Below are positions 25,130-39,800 of a DNA stretch of 64,000 bases, piece by piece. A model generated the notes under the pieces. The model searched no databases. It had not been told where the DNA came from and saw only the letters and a list, made by a program, of their open reading frames with translations. Both the position numbers and the translations under genes were made by a program. Source of the DNA: the human T2T-CHM13v2.0 reference genome, Homo sapiens. How positions within the stretch are numbered: position 1 is the stretch's first letter; each line of letters starts with the position of its first letter. Location: assembly GCF_009914755.1 (NCBI RefSeq), contig NC_060926.1; one strand, 5' to 3'.

Positions 25130-25560
25130 TGTTTTAAAAAACATGTTCACACATGCTATGATTTTTTTCCCTCTTCAAGAAGTGGAGATTTGTTTGTGTT
25201 CCCTTGAGTATAAACTAGAATTAATGACTTACTTCTAAAGAATAGACTATGACAAAAATGATGGGATGTCACTTCTGAGATTAGAATATTCAAAAATTGT
25301 GGCTTTGTCTTGAGATTGCACTTTTCTAGGGGGCAGCCAGATGACATATTATGTGAGCAGCCCTACGTAGGGGACCATATGGCAACAGCTTCAACAACTT
25401 GACTGTTTTATTCCTGAGATAACCTGACCCAGACCATTCAGCTAAACCACTCCCATATTTCTGACCCTCAGAAATCATATGAAATAATAAATGTTTTTTT
25501 TTGTTTGTTTTAAAGCTGTTATGTTTGGAGTAATTTGCTATATAGCAACAGATAACAGTA
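25130..25560 (+). mobile_element. MLT1 (MLT1E/F-like) MaLR solo LTR
   Basis: 'ttcaagaagtggag...gatgggatgtcacttctgagattag...ttctgaccctcagaaatc...taatttgctatatagcaacagataac'. Confidence 0.8.
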
Positions 25561-25799
25561 ATGTTATAGACAAACTTATTTTTTTTACTTGAAATATAAA
25601 AATGATGTGCAAAGTTTATTCATGTGGCAACATCCTCTCTAGAGAGTGTGAGTCTTGGAAGTGTATGATTTTGTGGGGTCTTATATAAAAATTTAACTAA
25701 AATGGAATTATAAAATTCATGGGTTCATGTGTGGTATAGTATATTGTAGCTTATCAACAAAAACTTAGAGTAATGGTTAGAAAAAATGCTCTTAAATAT

Positions 25800-26900
25800 T
25801 GCTTGATTATTTGATCAGTGAATGAGAAGATTCTTCATATTGTTCAGGCACCATCTCTTTCTCTTCAGTTCCAGGAACCATCTTTTCATGTTCATTATCA
25901 TTAATTGTACATGCATAGCTAACTTCCTGTCTCTTACCACATGGAAAATGTAGCAGTACTGATGCAATGCAATGGCTTTTGGGAAAATGTTTGTATTAAA
26001 ATAATATAGATCTTCCCTCTGCAGTTCTCCAATATCATGTATTTAAACCTGGTTACATCATTAATTATGAGGCTGCATCATCTATCATCTGTCCCTCCCA
26101 TGAATACTGGCTTCCAACAACTCCTTTTACAGTTGTTAGTGTGTTTCTTTGATAATGATCACAATTTCAACACTTGCCCAGAGCATGCAGCAAAATGTGT
26201 GTGATATTTTGTTTTCTGGTCATGTTAAATTTAGCTTTTGGAATGTGTAGGTGTAGAATAGCACATCTTCCAATTGCAACTTCTCTGGAACTGTAAGATT
26301 GTAATCATTTCATTACCAGAATGTGGTCTCTTTCAGTGATGAATGCAACTACTTCCTTCTGCATATTGCCATTCAAGGAGCCATGGGTAGAACAAGAAGA
26401 GTAGTACCATCCATGCAAGGAACGATCATCACTCCTGAAGTGTGGTTTAAGAGTAACCTGGAAAAGCACAGTATCACCCTTTCAATAAAAGGCAAGAACG
26501 GACACCAATGGGAAGAGCCCATAGCCTTGCAGAACAATAATCTGAGAAGTCCTTAAGTCATTTCAGGAAATGGTTGCAGCCTGCTGGGGGACTGCCTGAT
26601 ATGTAGTGAGGCTCCTGTGAAAGAGATGGAATGGCCAATTTCAGTGTCAGTGAAATGGGTAGGCACACAGTGAAATGTAGTGGGTACACAGGATAAAAGA
26701 TGCCTGCTGTCACTCACCTCTGCTGTCCTCAGGAACTATAGACCAGAGGTGGCAACACAGTGGGAACACTGACAAGTCCATACATGTGGCTTGAACTCAA
26801 GGTTTGACGATGTCCTCAAGAGCTCTAAAATTGTCTCAGGTCCCATGTAAGTGAGAATTTTCCTAAACATCGTTATCACCAAGGTCATCGTTATTCTGGT
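25800..26900 (-). mobile_element. Degraded hAT-superfamily transposase-like fossil (Tip100/Blackjack-like)
   Basis: Manual minus-strand translation gives, in order, DTVLF...HFRSDD, NGNMQKEVVAFITERDHIL, GQMIDDAAS and FPKAIALH, resembling hAT transposase motifs. Stops and a frameshift are present. TIRs not identified. Confidence 0.5.
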
Positions 26901-28119
26901 GGTCTAATCTTGCTTCTTCCTGTGAAAGAAATATTGCATTTGCCTGAAGAGGAGAACTCTTGCCAGTGCCAAGCCATACAGCTCTGAGATAACCCTATAG
27001 AATCATATTCCAGGGATCTGGAACCTATGTATGGTGTAGAAAATAGGAGAGCGTACCTAAGGGTTTTGAAAAACTGAGATGGGTTCCCATGTTGGATCTG
27101 GGGCTAATTTAGGAGCAGATATGACCTTGGATTTCTTTGCCTGAAGAGCACTGTTAATCTCTGCTGATTCCAGGCAGAGGAAGGGAAGCATCTCTAAATC
27201 AGGGGGCACTATGAGTATACTGAGGCCTCGAGACCAGGGCAGAGGTCTGAGGGTGATAGCATAACTAGGGCTGAGCATAGGCTAGGTTCAGTAGTAGCAA
27301 AATAATGGACATGGTTTTGCCTGCTTATTAAAGGAAACATTAGAAATTTATTAATGTGATAAATTCTCTATTGTCTTGTATGTTAAGGTGACTATATCTT
27401 AAACACTTGAAGTTGTTTAATTATATGAATGCATCTAGGTACACATATATACATATGTAGAATATTAAATTATAAAGAAAACAAATAATGAAGAGAAAAA
27501 TAAGAAAAAATGGTATTTAAGTATAAAATCTGTTCTTAATAAAACCATAGCATTATTGTACAAAGCTTGGTCATAGAGATGTGCAAGTCTATGTGTCAGA
27601 CCCTACTTTTTTGGGAGAAGCCAAGCTAAGACAAATATACAAAATGCCTCTGCTGAGTCACTTTACTTTTCATGGAAATGTAGTAATTTATGTATATTTC
27701 ATAAGAATTTGTCTTCTTTCCCAAAAATATATAACTGGACAAATCGAATTAGTAATCGTGGCAATGATAAAAATGTCACATTTAAATATATATATCATTC
27801 CACAGACATAATAAGCCTGCTATAAAGAAACAGGGACTTACATAAGCACTCCCAGGAAAAGGGCCTCATACCTGATCTGTGGCTTACGCCATCCACACCT
27901 CATAGGCTGCGTGTGGGAAAATTGCCCTCATACAGTGTGGCCTTGTGGAAGACAACATAAAATTCTAAAAAAATACATAAAACTGATATCATTTTAATAT
28001 GTTTTGGATTGTATCCTTTAACAACTTTTTAGTATGGTATCTTTCAGATATTTTTATAAGTACCTAACAATTAACATACACAGGAGAGTACACACACACT
28101 AATTTGTGTACACCTAAAT

Positions 28120-28135
28120 ACACACACACACACAC
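28120..28135. repeat. Short (CA)n
   Basis: acacacacacacacac. Confidence 0.7.
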
Positions 28136-28976
28136 CCCTCTAAACAGGGCTTTAGATGTCTTAAAAGTGATATGAACAAAAATTTGCAGTAGAGAAGAAT
28201 CATGTTTTTTACCTTTCAAAGGATCTGTTTTTATTTTCTCTAGAAATTATACATGATAATTTATATTCTTGTTACTATATGTATAGTATTGGGTACATGC
28301 TTGCCTATGTGAATCTTTTAAATTGTTTTAAACTATAAAAGTCCACTCTATTGCCAGGCATGTTTTGCTCAGTTACTTAAAGTGGTTGAGATGATAGAAT
28401 TAAGACCATAAGGTTAATTAAGATACATTTTGTTGCATAGCCACTAAACATGTTCCTAACAGCGGTCAGTGAAATCACACTGAATATGCAGTACATGCAC
28501 TCAAACTGAACTTCAAAGGCAAATGGTTCTAATATGGTAATGGTCACATTTGTTCTATTTTTGAGTGGAATGCTACAAACTGATCCAGTATTTATGAAGG
28601 AACCTAAATTTGTGCTTTAGATATTAATCACAAATATGGCTCTTCATTTGTCTGATATCACAAAAGTTGATAAATTTTAAGTGTTCTGGGCCTCTTTTAA
28701 TGTCTGAAAAGACTATTCTTTGACCATTGTTTCCTGCTTTTAGAAGCAATCAAAATATAATATAAACCAAAGTAGAATTCGCTGATCTTTGTAACTTAAA
28801 ATGTAAAAGAGTCAAAAAAATTGGTCACATTAAAAAAATTTTTACTAAATAAATATAAGGCAAAACATTGCTTAAAAATATGAATATAGTCATGTTGAGG
28901 AAAACCAGTATTTTCAGTATGAATGAGAAATAATTAATAAGAATGACTATCTGTAGGCATAAAACATTTAATATAA

Positions 28977-29380
<404 letters not shown>

Positions 29381-29696
29381 TTAAAATTGCAAACAAACCA
29401 AAACCAGGTACTTCTCATTTTAACAAGTAAATGTGCTGAAATATTATAGTTAAATACAATTTGTTTTAAAATTGCAATTAAGACCAGCTATATGCAGTTG
29501 TAAAACTTTCTACAAAGCAAATGATGTTGCTATAGAGTAGTAATTTCCTAATTAATGTACAGGTTTTAATACATTAGAGATAAAGGAGAATATGTAACGG
29601 TCTATAAGAAACCTTGGTTCTGACAAAATATAAATGGTATATTTTGTCAATATACTGTGTTACAAAATAAATGTATTTCTAAATTAATATCAAAGA

Positions 29697-30213
29697 TGTA
29701 AACAAAAGTTCTCTGAAAAGAAATTTGGAAAAAAGAGACTTTTTTCCAGTGAACAGTTTGCAAACTGGTGAGAGACAGCCTCTGGTGTAAAATGAAGGTG
29801 CACTATAGAGAACAAAGAAAGAGTTTTGATTTTATAGTAAAAGTGTCTTTCCAGATTCCTAATCAGGTCTATTTATGCAAAGAAAGGACTGAAATTCACA
29901 TAGTTCTGATTGGTCTGTATAGCTGAATTCTGATTTGTTTGTTTTCAAGCCCCAAACCAGAAGTCTCTGTCAGATGTTTATTTCAAACAGTCAATGGGAG
30001 TAGTAGTTTCTGGCCAAAGTTTATCTTGGCACCGACAACAGGAAATGATTTGGCTTGATTATAGAAAGAGGTGCTGTGACACCTTTACAATGTCTTTCTG
30101 AGAACACAGACATCCCTCACCCAGCTGTAGCTTCCTGGTTCTGTTGTAACTTTGAATACCTCAGTTAACCATGAGGAGTCTATTTTGGTCGTCGGCCAGG
30201 GCTCACTTTAACA
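29697..30213 (-). mobile_element. ERV1 (MER4-group, MER31/67-like) solo LTR
   Basis: TG...CA termini ('tgtaaac'...'tttaaca'), flanks aaga/aagc, antisense CCAAT-like 'tctgattggtc', ~517 bp. Confidence 0.6.
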
Positions 30214-30823
30214 AAGCTATAAGAAAGATAAATTAAGTGGGTCCATGAAGGTTTTGAATATATTAAGCCTATTTTATGTTTAAAAATATAAAGCAAAATA
30301 AAACCCCCTTATCAAAATTTAAATTCGTGCTTTTATTTGAAGCAGGCTCTGGATCCTTAAGCGTAATCTATGGCTACTTCATGAATGTTTCAGAGGGAAA
30401 ACTGCTGGGCATGGAAGTATGACTCAGGACAGCTAAACAAATTAGAAGCAAACAAGTACACAAAATAAAAAATCAAATTGAAACTGGTCATTGACCATTC
30501 AGATCTAGATTTTGCAAATGTATGTATGTCTGAAAGTTTAAATGTTATAATAGTCAAAAAGTGCAAATAGAAAAATAGGGTTCTATTTTTATTGCACCAC
30601 CTAGTGGAATTGTTATATAATTTTAATACCAAAAATATAGTAAAATAAACTAAATCAAGTGCCCTTTTTTATTTCTCTTTCTGGGCTCTGGCCTGTCTAT
30701 AACATTTATTTTTCTGAATAGTTAAACCTCCCACATAAAAAATGGTGTACTATTGTTTAGCTACTGGCATTTTTGTACAGGATGAATGCTTTATTATTAT
30801 TATGTTTTACTATTCCCCATTCC

Positions 30824-31274
30824 TTTTTTTTTTTTTTTTTTTTACTTTAAATTCTGGGATACACATGCAGGACGTGCAGGTTTGTTACATAGGTACACAC
30901 GTGCCATGGCGGTTTGCTGCATCCATCAACCCGTCATCTATATTAGGTATTTCTCCTAATGCTATCCCTCCCCTAGCCTGCCACCCCGGACAGGCCCCAC
31001 TGTGTGATGTTCCCCTCCCTGTGTCCATGTGTTCTCATTGTTCAACTCCCACTTATGAGTGAGAACATGTGGTGTTTGGTTTTCTCTTCCTGTGTTAGTT
31101 TGCTGAGAATGATTGTTTCCAGCTTCATCCATGTCACTGCAAAGGACATGAACTCATCCTTTTTTATGGCTGCATAGTATTCCATGGTGTATATGTGCCA
31201 CATTTTTTTGTCCAGTCTATCATTGATGGGCATTTGGGTTGGTTCCAAGTCTTTGCTATTGTGAACAGTGCTGC
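30824..31274 (-). mobile_element. L1PA7-like 3' fragment
   Basis: Poly-T, antisense L1PA 3' UTR and ORF2 C-terminus 'KKMWHIYTMEYYAAIKKDEFMSF...MFSLISGS' (ORF 31042-31248). Confidence 0.95.
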
Positions 31275-31388
31275 TCTGTTCTAAGGATCAATGAGAATAA
31301 ATACCAGCCTTCTAGGATCAATCTCTAGTGTGTCTAAGGAGCAGAGATAAAGCATTAGTATTGATTCCTGTTATTAAACCAAAGCTGA

Positions 31389-31698
<310 letters not shown>

Positions 31699-31810
31699 CA
31701 AAGCTGATATTTTCATTCAGAAATTCAAAATTTGCAATAAAAATGCTGGTTTGCTATACATTGGCATTTGTATGTGATTTGTTCCCTCTTTACTATTTAT
31801 AAATATATGA

Positions 31811-32245
<435 letters not shown>

Positions 32246-32293
32246 TGATTATTACAGTATGCTGTAATTTCAATTGTTATTGAAATACTTTCA

Positions 32294-32610
32294 GGCCAGG
32301 TGTGGTGGCTCACGGCTGTTATCCCAGAACTGTGGGAGGCCAGGTGGGCAGATCACTTGAGGTCAGGAGTTTGAGACCAGCCTGGCCACCGTGGTGAAAC
32401 TCTGTCTCTACTAAAAATACAAAAATTAGCTGGGCGTGGTGGTGCATGACTGTAGTCCCAGCTATATGGGAGGCTGAGGCAGAAGAATTGTTTGAACCAG
32501 GGAGGTGGAGATTGCAATGAGGCAGATTGCGCCACTGAACTCCAGCCTGGGCAACAGAGTGAGACTCTGTCTCACCAAAAAAAAAAAAAGAAAGAAAGAA
32601 AGAAAGAAAA
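32294..32610 (+). mobile_element. Alu (AluS-type) with (GAAA)n tail
   Basis: Starts ggccaggtgtggtggctcac. A tail runs into a gaaa repeat. Confidence 0.97.
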
Positions 32611-32741
32611 ACAACTTTCTCTTTTTTACTTATTAAAAGGAAGAACTGGAGAACATTTAAGAAGGTAAAAATATATGCGTACGAAGTGTAGCCTAAAGTT
32701 TTATTTTATATCTAGATCAGATAGTTCATTTAATCAATATT

Positions 32742-32990
32742 GCATAGTGGTTAAAATCATAGCTCCTAGAAGCAACATGTCTGATTCCAACTCTGGCTCT
32801 GCCACTTACTGTTTGGCCTTAGATAATTTTCTTAAACTGTTTGTGCCTTAGATTTTCATCTGTAATTTGTGTATTATAATGGTACCTGTTTCATAGAATA
32901 TAAAAATTATGTTATTATATTTGAACACTTAGAAAATATTTATAACTGGCAGTTATAACACACTATAAAACTGTCAGCTTTATTATCATT
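32742..32990 (+). mobile_element. MIR SINE
   Basis: 'gcatagtggttaaa...ctctggctctgccacttact...tttcatctgtaa'. Confidence 0.75.
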
Positions 32991-33599
32991 ATCATAATGT
33001 AATACTATTGTTATCTAGCTCACTATTTTTTCTATACATTTTATTTTATTTAGTTATCTATTACTAATATTAATATTACTACTACTATTATTATTTCCTT
33101 GTTTAATCCATTTATTTTACAAATGAAGCCAAGAATGTAACTTGCTAATGGTCAACCATCTAGATTAGGGAACTAGATTTCAGTTAAGAAAAAGAGGAGG
33201 AGGAGAAACTAGCCTCCTGAAGGACAATATTCAAACTTGTTATTATTATTATTATTATTATTTGAGGCTACAAAACAAAGCATTCTTCAGTTTCTCTATT
33301 GGTCCTTGTCCCATTTTTTTGCTTTTAAAAGGAAAAACAAATCAACAGATTCTTGCCTAGAGTTCTGAACAAACCTTGTTCTTCAGGTTTTCCAAAAAAT
33401 CTAAATCCCTGGAAGAAGTAATACATTGTATTATAGTCTGAAAATAAAAGTCAGAAAATAGTTTCTGCCAAGAAAGAATGAGGGCTCCAAGCATGAGGTC
33501 TGGGAGCACCACAGGCCCTGAGATCCAAGCTAAATAGGTGATGTCTGTTTCATGAGATTGTAGTTAATTCTTTTGCTTAAATGGCATCAAATGTAGTAA

Positions 33600-34189
<590 letters not shown>

Positions 34190-34226
34190 TTATAGGAAAA
34201 CATATTTTTTAAAGAAAGATAATCTG

Positions 34227-34521
34227 GGCTGGGCACGGTGGCTCACACCTGTAATCCCAGCACTTTGGGAGGCCTAGGTGGGCAGATCACAAGGTCAAGG
34301 GATCGAGACCATCCTGGCCAACATGATGAAACCCCTTCTCTACTAAGAATACAAAAATTAGCTGGGCATGGTGGCGCGTACCTGTAGTCCCAGCTACTCA
34401 GGAGGCTGAGGCAGGAGAATCACTTGAACCTGGGAGGCGGAGGTTGGCAGTGAGCAGAGATCGCCCCACTGCGCTCCAACCTGGCAACAGAGCGAGACTC
34501 CATCTAAAAAAAAAAAAAAAA
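34227..34521 (+). mobile_element. Alu (AluSc-like)
   Basis: 'gatcacaaggtcaagggatcgagaccatcc', 'ctggcaacagagc'. TSD aaagataatctg at 34215-34226 and 34522-34533. Confidence 0.96.
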
Positions 34522-35324
34522 AAAGATAATCTGTCATTAATTTGAATAGTTCTGCTACAAAAATTTAAAGGCAATTTTGGCACATGCAACTATATAATAT
34601 CTGTTACTACAGTCTCACAAAAATTTCCCTGGGTAATTAGTTTCAAGGAATATTGCTGAGTTTGCAGATCATCGTCCTTTACAGCACTTTTGAGAATAAT
34701 TAAATACAGCTCAGAGACAGTTTCTCTTATCACAGATTTATATTAACACATTAATTAACATAGAATATTTAGTGCTTGCCAAATGACACTAAGAACCCTC
34801 AGTTTTACCTGCTATCAAGTTTCTCATCTCCTGGGGTCTCTATTTCTTATCAATGACTAAACATAGCACAAGTCTTTCTTACCCTCCTGGAATCAATCTT
34901 TGACTTCAAAGTAGCCTTAGCTTGCTATTCTGAAGTCCAAGATTCAGGTGAATAAAATGTTTTCATTTTCCCCTGGAAAAGGAACAATTTTTTTTTTTTC
35001 AAAGATTGGCCATGTTTTCCTGTTTATTCCTGGGCTCTATCCCTTTACTGTCATCATCACTGTCATCATCCCACCTGAAGAGCTTAGCTCTATGTTAGGA
35101 TCCTTTTCCTGTGGCACCTCTGACAGAACTTGCTTGTGAGTTTTCAGTTTTCTCTAGTATGTATAATTTTGTCGGTACTAAAGTGTTAACTAGAGTTGTT
35201 TGAGATTTAATGATTGGAATTCTACTTTCGTGGCCAGTGGATACTCTATCACAACTAGAGATGAAAGTTGTGGTTAAAAGTATCAGGAGGCTGTGTGTGG
35301 TAACTGGGATTAACTGTGACCCTG

Positions 35325-35478
35325 GAATCAAGAGATTGGGGTTTAATTCTGTGGCTGTCCCTTAATTTCCTCTGTCTGTATCCTTTGGTAAGTCATTGAA
35401 TCTCACTGAGGTTCAGGTTCCTCACAGATTAAATATGATAATAACATCTACTCAAAAGGTTATTCTAGGACAAAGATC
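35325..35478 (+). mobile_element. MIR fragment (appears to resume ~35990-36060)
   Basis: 'tcctttggtaagtcattgaatctcactgaggttcaggttcctca'. Confidence 0.6.
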
Positions 35479-35479
35479 C

Positions 35480-35983
35480 TTAAAGCATAGTCTGGGAATC
35501 TCTTGCAGATCTCAGAGACACTTTCAAGGGGTCTATGAGGTCAAAACTATTTTCATATTAATACTAAGACATTATTTGCCCCTTTCACTCCTATTATTTC
35601 GCAAATGTGCTGTAAATTTTTTCAGTGGCTATCTGACACGTAATATCACAACAGACTGAATGTAGAAACAGCTCCAAGAGCCCATCTGTCTTCTATTTAG
35701 CCAGAAATTAAAGATATTTGAAAAAAGGTAAAGCATTGTCATTGTTCTACTTCTAAAAAATATAGTTATTTTTATTAAACTATATGACGTTAAACTGCAA
35801 TAAAATTAGTATTGTTATTTTGAATGAATTAATAGATATTTTAGGCATTTCTCTGTTTTAATTTCTAATATGGCAAATACTGATGGATATAATTGTCATA
35901 AACAAAAGTTCTTTATGGTTTCCAATAATTACTAAGAGTGCAAACATCCTGAGACGCTGTTTGAGGGGTTTTGAGAACTGCTG
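35480..35983. mobile_element. hAT-Charlie (Charlie4a-like) DNA transposon
   Basis: 'tttcaaggggtctatgaggtcaaaactattttcatattaatactaagacattatttgcc' and end 'ttttgagaactgctg'. Confidence 0.7.
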
Positions 35984-36109
35984 TTTGTTCTAAGGATTAA
36001 ATGAGATGTCTCCTAGAATAATGCTGTACAAAATAGGTATTCAATAGACATGTTAAGAATTACATTGACTCTGGTAAGATGAGACATAACTGTATTTTTA
36101 GCTTCTGTT

Positions 36110-36628
36110 CTTTTTATTATTTATTTATTTTATGATTTCAACTTTTATTTTAGAATCAGTGGGTACAAGTCCAGGTTTGTTACCTGGGTATATTGAGTGA
36201 TACTGAGATTTGGGATATGAAGAATCCCATCACCCAGGTAGTGAGCATAGTGCTGAGTATAGACACTGGGGACTATCATTGCCATCTTTATGTCCATTAG
36301 TACCAAATGTTTAGCTCCTACTTATAAGTGAGAACATGTGGTATTTGGTTTTCCTTTCCTGCTTGTTTGCTTAGGATAATGGCCTCCAGCTGCATCCATG
36401 TTACTGCAAAGGACATGATTTCATTCTTTTTTATGGATGCATAGTATGCCATCACATGTATGTACCATACTTTCTTTATGCAGTCCACCGTTGATGGGCA
36501 CCTGGATTAATTCCATGTCTTTGCTATTGTGAATAGTGCTGTGATGAACATACACGTGCATGTGTATTTTCGGTAGAATTATTTATTTTCTCTAGGGTAT
36601 ATATCCATAAGAGGATTGCTGGATTGAA
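36110..36628 (-). mobile_element. Older L1P (L1PA15/16-L1PB-like) 3' fragment
   Basis: 'caacttttattttagaatcagtgggtac...cccatcacccaggtagtgagcatag...ttagctcctacttataagtgagaacatg'. Confidence 0.9.
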
Positions 36629-36894
36629 CAAAATAATGTTATTATTGCTGCATTTCCTGTTCTTATAATTTTTTAATTTTACTTTTAAGTTCTGAGATAC
36701 ATGTGCTGAACGTGCAGGTCTGTTACATAAGCATATATGTGCCATAGTAGTTTGCTGCACCTATCAGTCATCTAGGTTTTAAGCCCTGCATAAATTAGGT
36801 ATTTGTCCTAATGCTCTCCCTCCCCTTGCCTCCCACCCACCGACAGGCCCTGGTGTGTGATGTTCCCCTCCCTGTGTCCATGTGTTCTTATTGT

Positions 36895-39800
36895 TCAGCT
36901 CCCACTTACTAGTGTGAACATGCAGTGCTTGGTTTTCTGTTCCTGTGTTAGTTTGCTGAGAATGATGGTTTCCAGCCTCATCCATATCCCTGCAAAGGAC
37001 ATGAACTCATCCTTTTTGATGGCAGCATAGTATTCCATGCTGTATATATGGCACATTTTCTTTATCCAGTCTATCATTGATGAGCATTTGGGATGGTTCC
37101 AAGTCTTTGCTATTGTAAATAGTGCCGCAATAAACATACGTGTACATGTGTCTTTATAGTAGAATGATTTATAATCCTTTGGGTATATACCCAGTAATGG
37201 GATTGCTGGGTCAAGTGGCATTTCTGGTTCTAGATCCTTAAGGAATCACCACACTGTCTTCCACAATGCTTGAACTAATTTACAACCCCACCAACAGTGT
37301 AAAGCATTCATATTTCTCCACATCCTCATCAGCATCTATTGTTTCCTGACTTTTTAATGATTGCCATTCTAACTGGAGTGAGATGGTATCTCATTGTGGT
37401 TTTGATTTGCATTTCTCTAATGACCAGTGATAATGAGCTTTTATTTGCATGTTTCTTGGCCGCATAAATGTCTTCTTTTGAGAAGTGTCTGTTCATATCC
37501 TTCACCTACTTTTTGATGGGGTTGTTTTTTTCTTGTAAATTTGTTTAAGTTCCTTGTAGATTCTTGATATTAGACCTTTGTCAGATGGATAGATTGCAAA
37601 AATTTTCTTCCATTCTGTAGTTTGCCTGTTCACTCTGATGATAGTTTATTTTGCTGTGCAGAAGCCCTTTAGTTTAATTAGATCCCATTTGTCAATTTTG
37701 GCTTTTGTTGTCATTGCTTTTGGTGTTTTAGTCATGAAGTCTTTGCCCATGCCTATGTCCTGAATGGTATTGCCTAGGGTTTCTTCTAGGGTTTTAATCG
37801 TTTTCGGTTTTACATTTAAGTCTTTAATCCATCTTGAGTTCATTTTTGTATAAGGTGTAGGAAGAGGCCCAGTTTCTGTTTTCTGCATATGGCTAGCCAG
37901 TTTTCCCAGCACCATTAATTAAATAGAGGATCCTTCCTCCATTGCTTGTTTTTATCAGGTTTGCCAATCAGATGGTTGTAGATGTGTGGTGTTATTTGTG
38001 AGGCCTCTGTTCTTTTCTATTGGCTTATATATCTGTTTGAGTACCAGTACTATGCTGTTTTGGTTACTGTAGGCTTGTAGTACAGTTTGAAGTCAGGTAG
38101 CATGATACCTCCAGCTTTGTTATTTTTGGTTAGGATTGTCTTGGCTATACGGGCTTTTCTGTTGTTTGAAATGAAATTTAAAGTAGTTTTTTCTAATTCT
38201 GTGAAGAAAGTCAATAGTACCTTGATAGGAATAGCATTGAATTTATAAATTTCTTTGGTCAGTATGGCCATTTTCATGATATTGATTCTTCCTACCCATG
38301 AGCATGAAATTTTTTTCCATTTGTTTGTGTCCTCTCTTCTTTCCTTGAGCAGTGGTTTGTAGTTCTCCTTGAAGAGGTCCTTCACATCCCTTGTAGGTTG
38401 TATTCCTAGGTATTTTGTTCTCTTTGTAACAATTGTGAATGGGAGTTCACTCATGATTTGGCTCTCTGCTTGTCTATTATGGGTGTATAGGAAAGCTTGT
38501 GATTTTTGCACATTGATTTTGTATCCTGAGACTTCGCTGAAGTTGCTTATCAGCTTAAGAAGTTTTTGGGCTGAGGCAATGGGGTTTTCTAAATATACAA
38601 TCATGTCACCTGCAAATTGGGACAATTTGACTTTCCCTCTTCCTATTTGAATACTCTTTATTTCTCTCTTGCCTGATTTCCCTGGCCAGAACTTCCAATA
38701 CTATGTTGAATAGGAGCGGTGAGAGACGTCATCCTTGTCTTGTGCCAGTTTTCAAAGGGAATGCTTCCAACTTTTGCCCATTCGGTATGATATTGTCTGT
38801 GGGTTTTTCATAGATAGCTCTTATTATTTTGAGATATGTTGCATCAACACCTAGTTTATTAAGAATTTTTAGCATGAAGGGGTGTTGAATTTTATCAAAG
38901 ACATTTTCTGCATCTATTGAGAAAATCGTGTGTTTTTGGTCATTGGTTCTGTTTATGTGATGGATTACATTTATTGATTTGTGTATGTTGAACCAGCCTT
39001 GCATCCCAGGAAAAAAGCTAACTTGGTAATGGTGGATAAGCTTTTTGATGTGCTGCTGGATTCAGTTTGCCAGTATTTTATTGAAGATTTTTGCTACAGA
39101 GTTCACCAGGGATATTGGCCTGAAATTTTCTTTCTTTGTTGTGTCTCTGCCAGGTTTTGGAATCAGGACGATGCTGGCCTCATAAAATGAGTTAGGAAGG
39201 AGTCCCTCTTTTTCTATTGTGTGTGATAGTTTCAGAAGAAATGGTACCAGCTCCTCTTTGTACCTCTAGAAGAATTAGGCTGTGAATCCATCTTGTCCTG
39301 GACTATTTTTGTTTGATAGGCTATTAATAAGTGCCTCAATCTTAGAACTTGTTATTTGTCTGTTCAGGGATTTGACTTCCTGGTTTAGTCTTAGGATGGT
39401 GTATGTGTCTAGGAATTTGTCCATTTCTTCTAGATTTTTAAATTTTATTTTCATAGAGTTGTTTATAGTATTCTCTGATGGTAGCTTGTATTACTGTGGG
39501 ATCAGTGGTGATATCCCCTTTATCATTTTTTATTGTGTCTATTTGATAATTCTTTCTTTTATTCTTTATTAGTCTGGCTAGAGGTCAATCTATTTGGTTA
39601 ATCTGTTCAAAACACTTGTTCCTGGATTCACTGATTTTTTGAAAGGGTTTTTTTGTGTCTCTGTCTCCTTCGGTTCTGCTCTGATATTAGTTATTTCTTG
39701 TCCTCTGCTAGCTTTTGGATTTTGCTCTTGCTTCTCTAGTTCTTTTAATTATGATGTTAAGGTGTTAATTTTAGATCTTTCCCACTTGCTGATGTGGGCA

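Noticed and set aside
26323-26556. + strand 77-aa ORF (TIITPEVWFKS) as a LINE endonuclease fragment
   Set aside because: Only a vague match to the ITETW motif. The opposite strand explains the region better as hAT-like.
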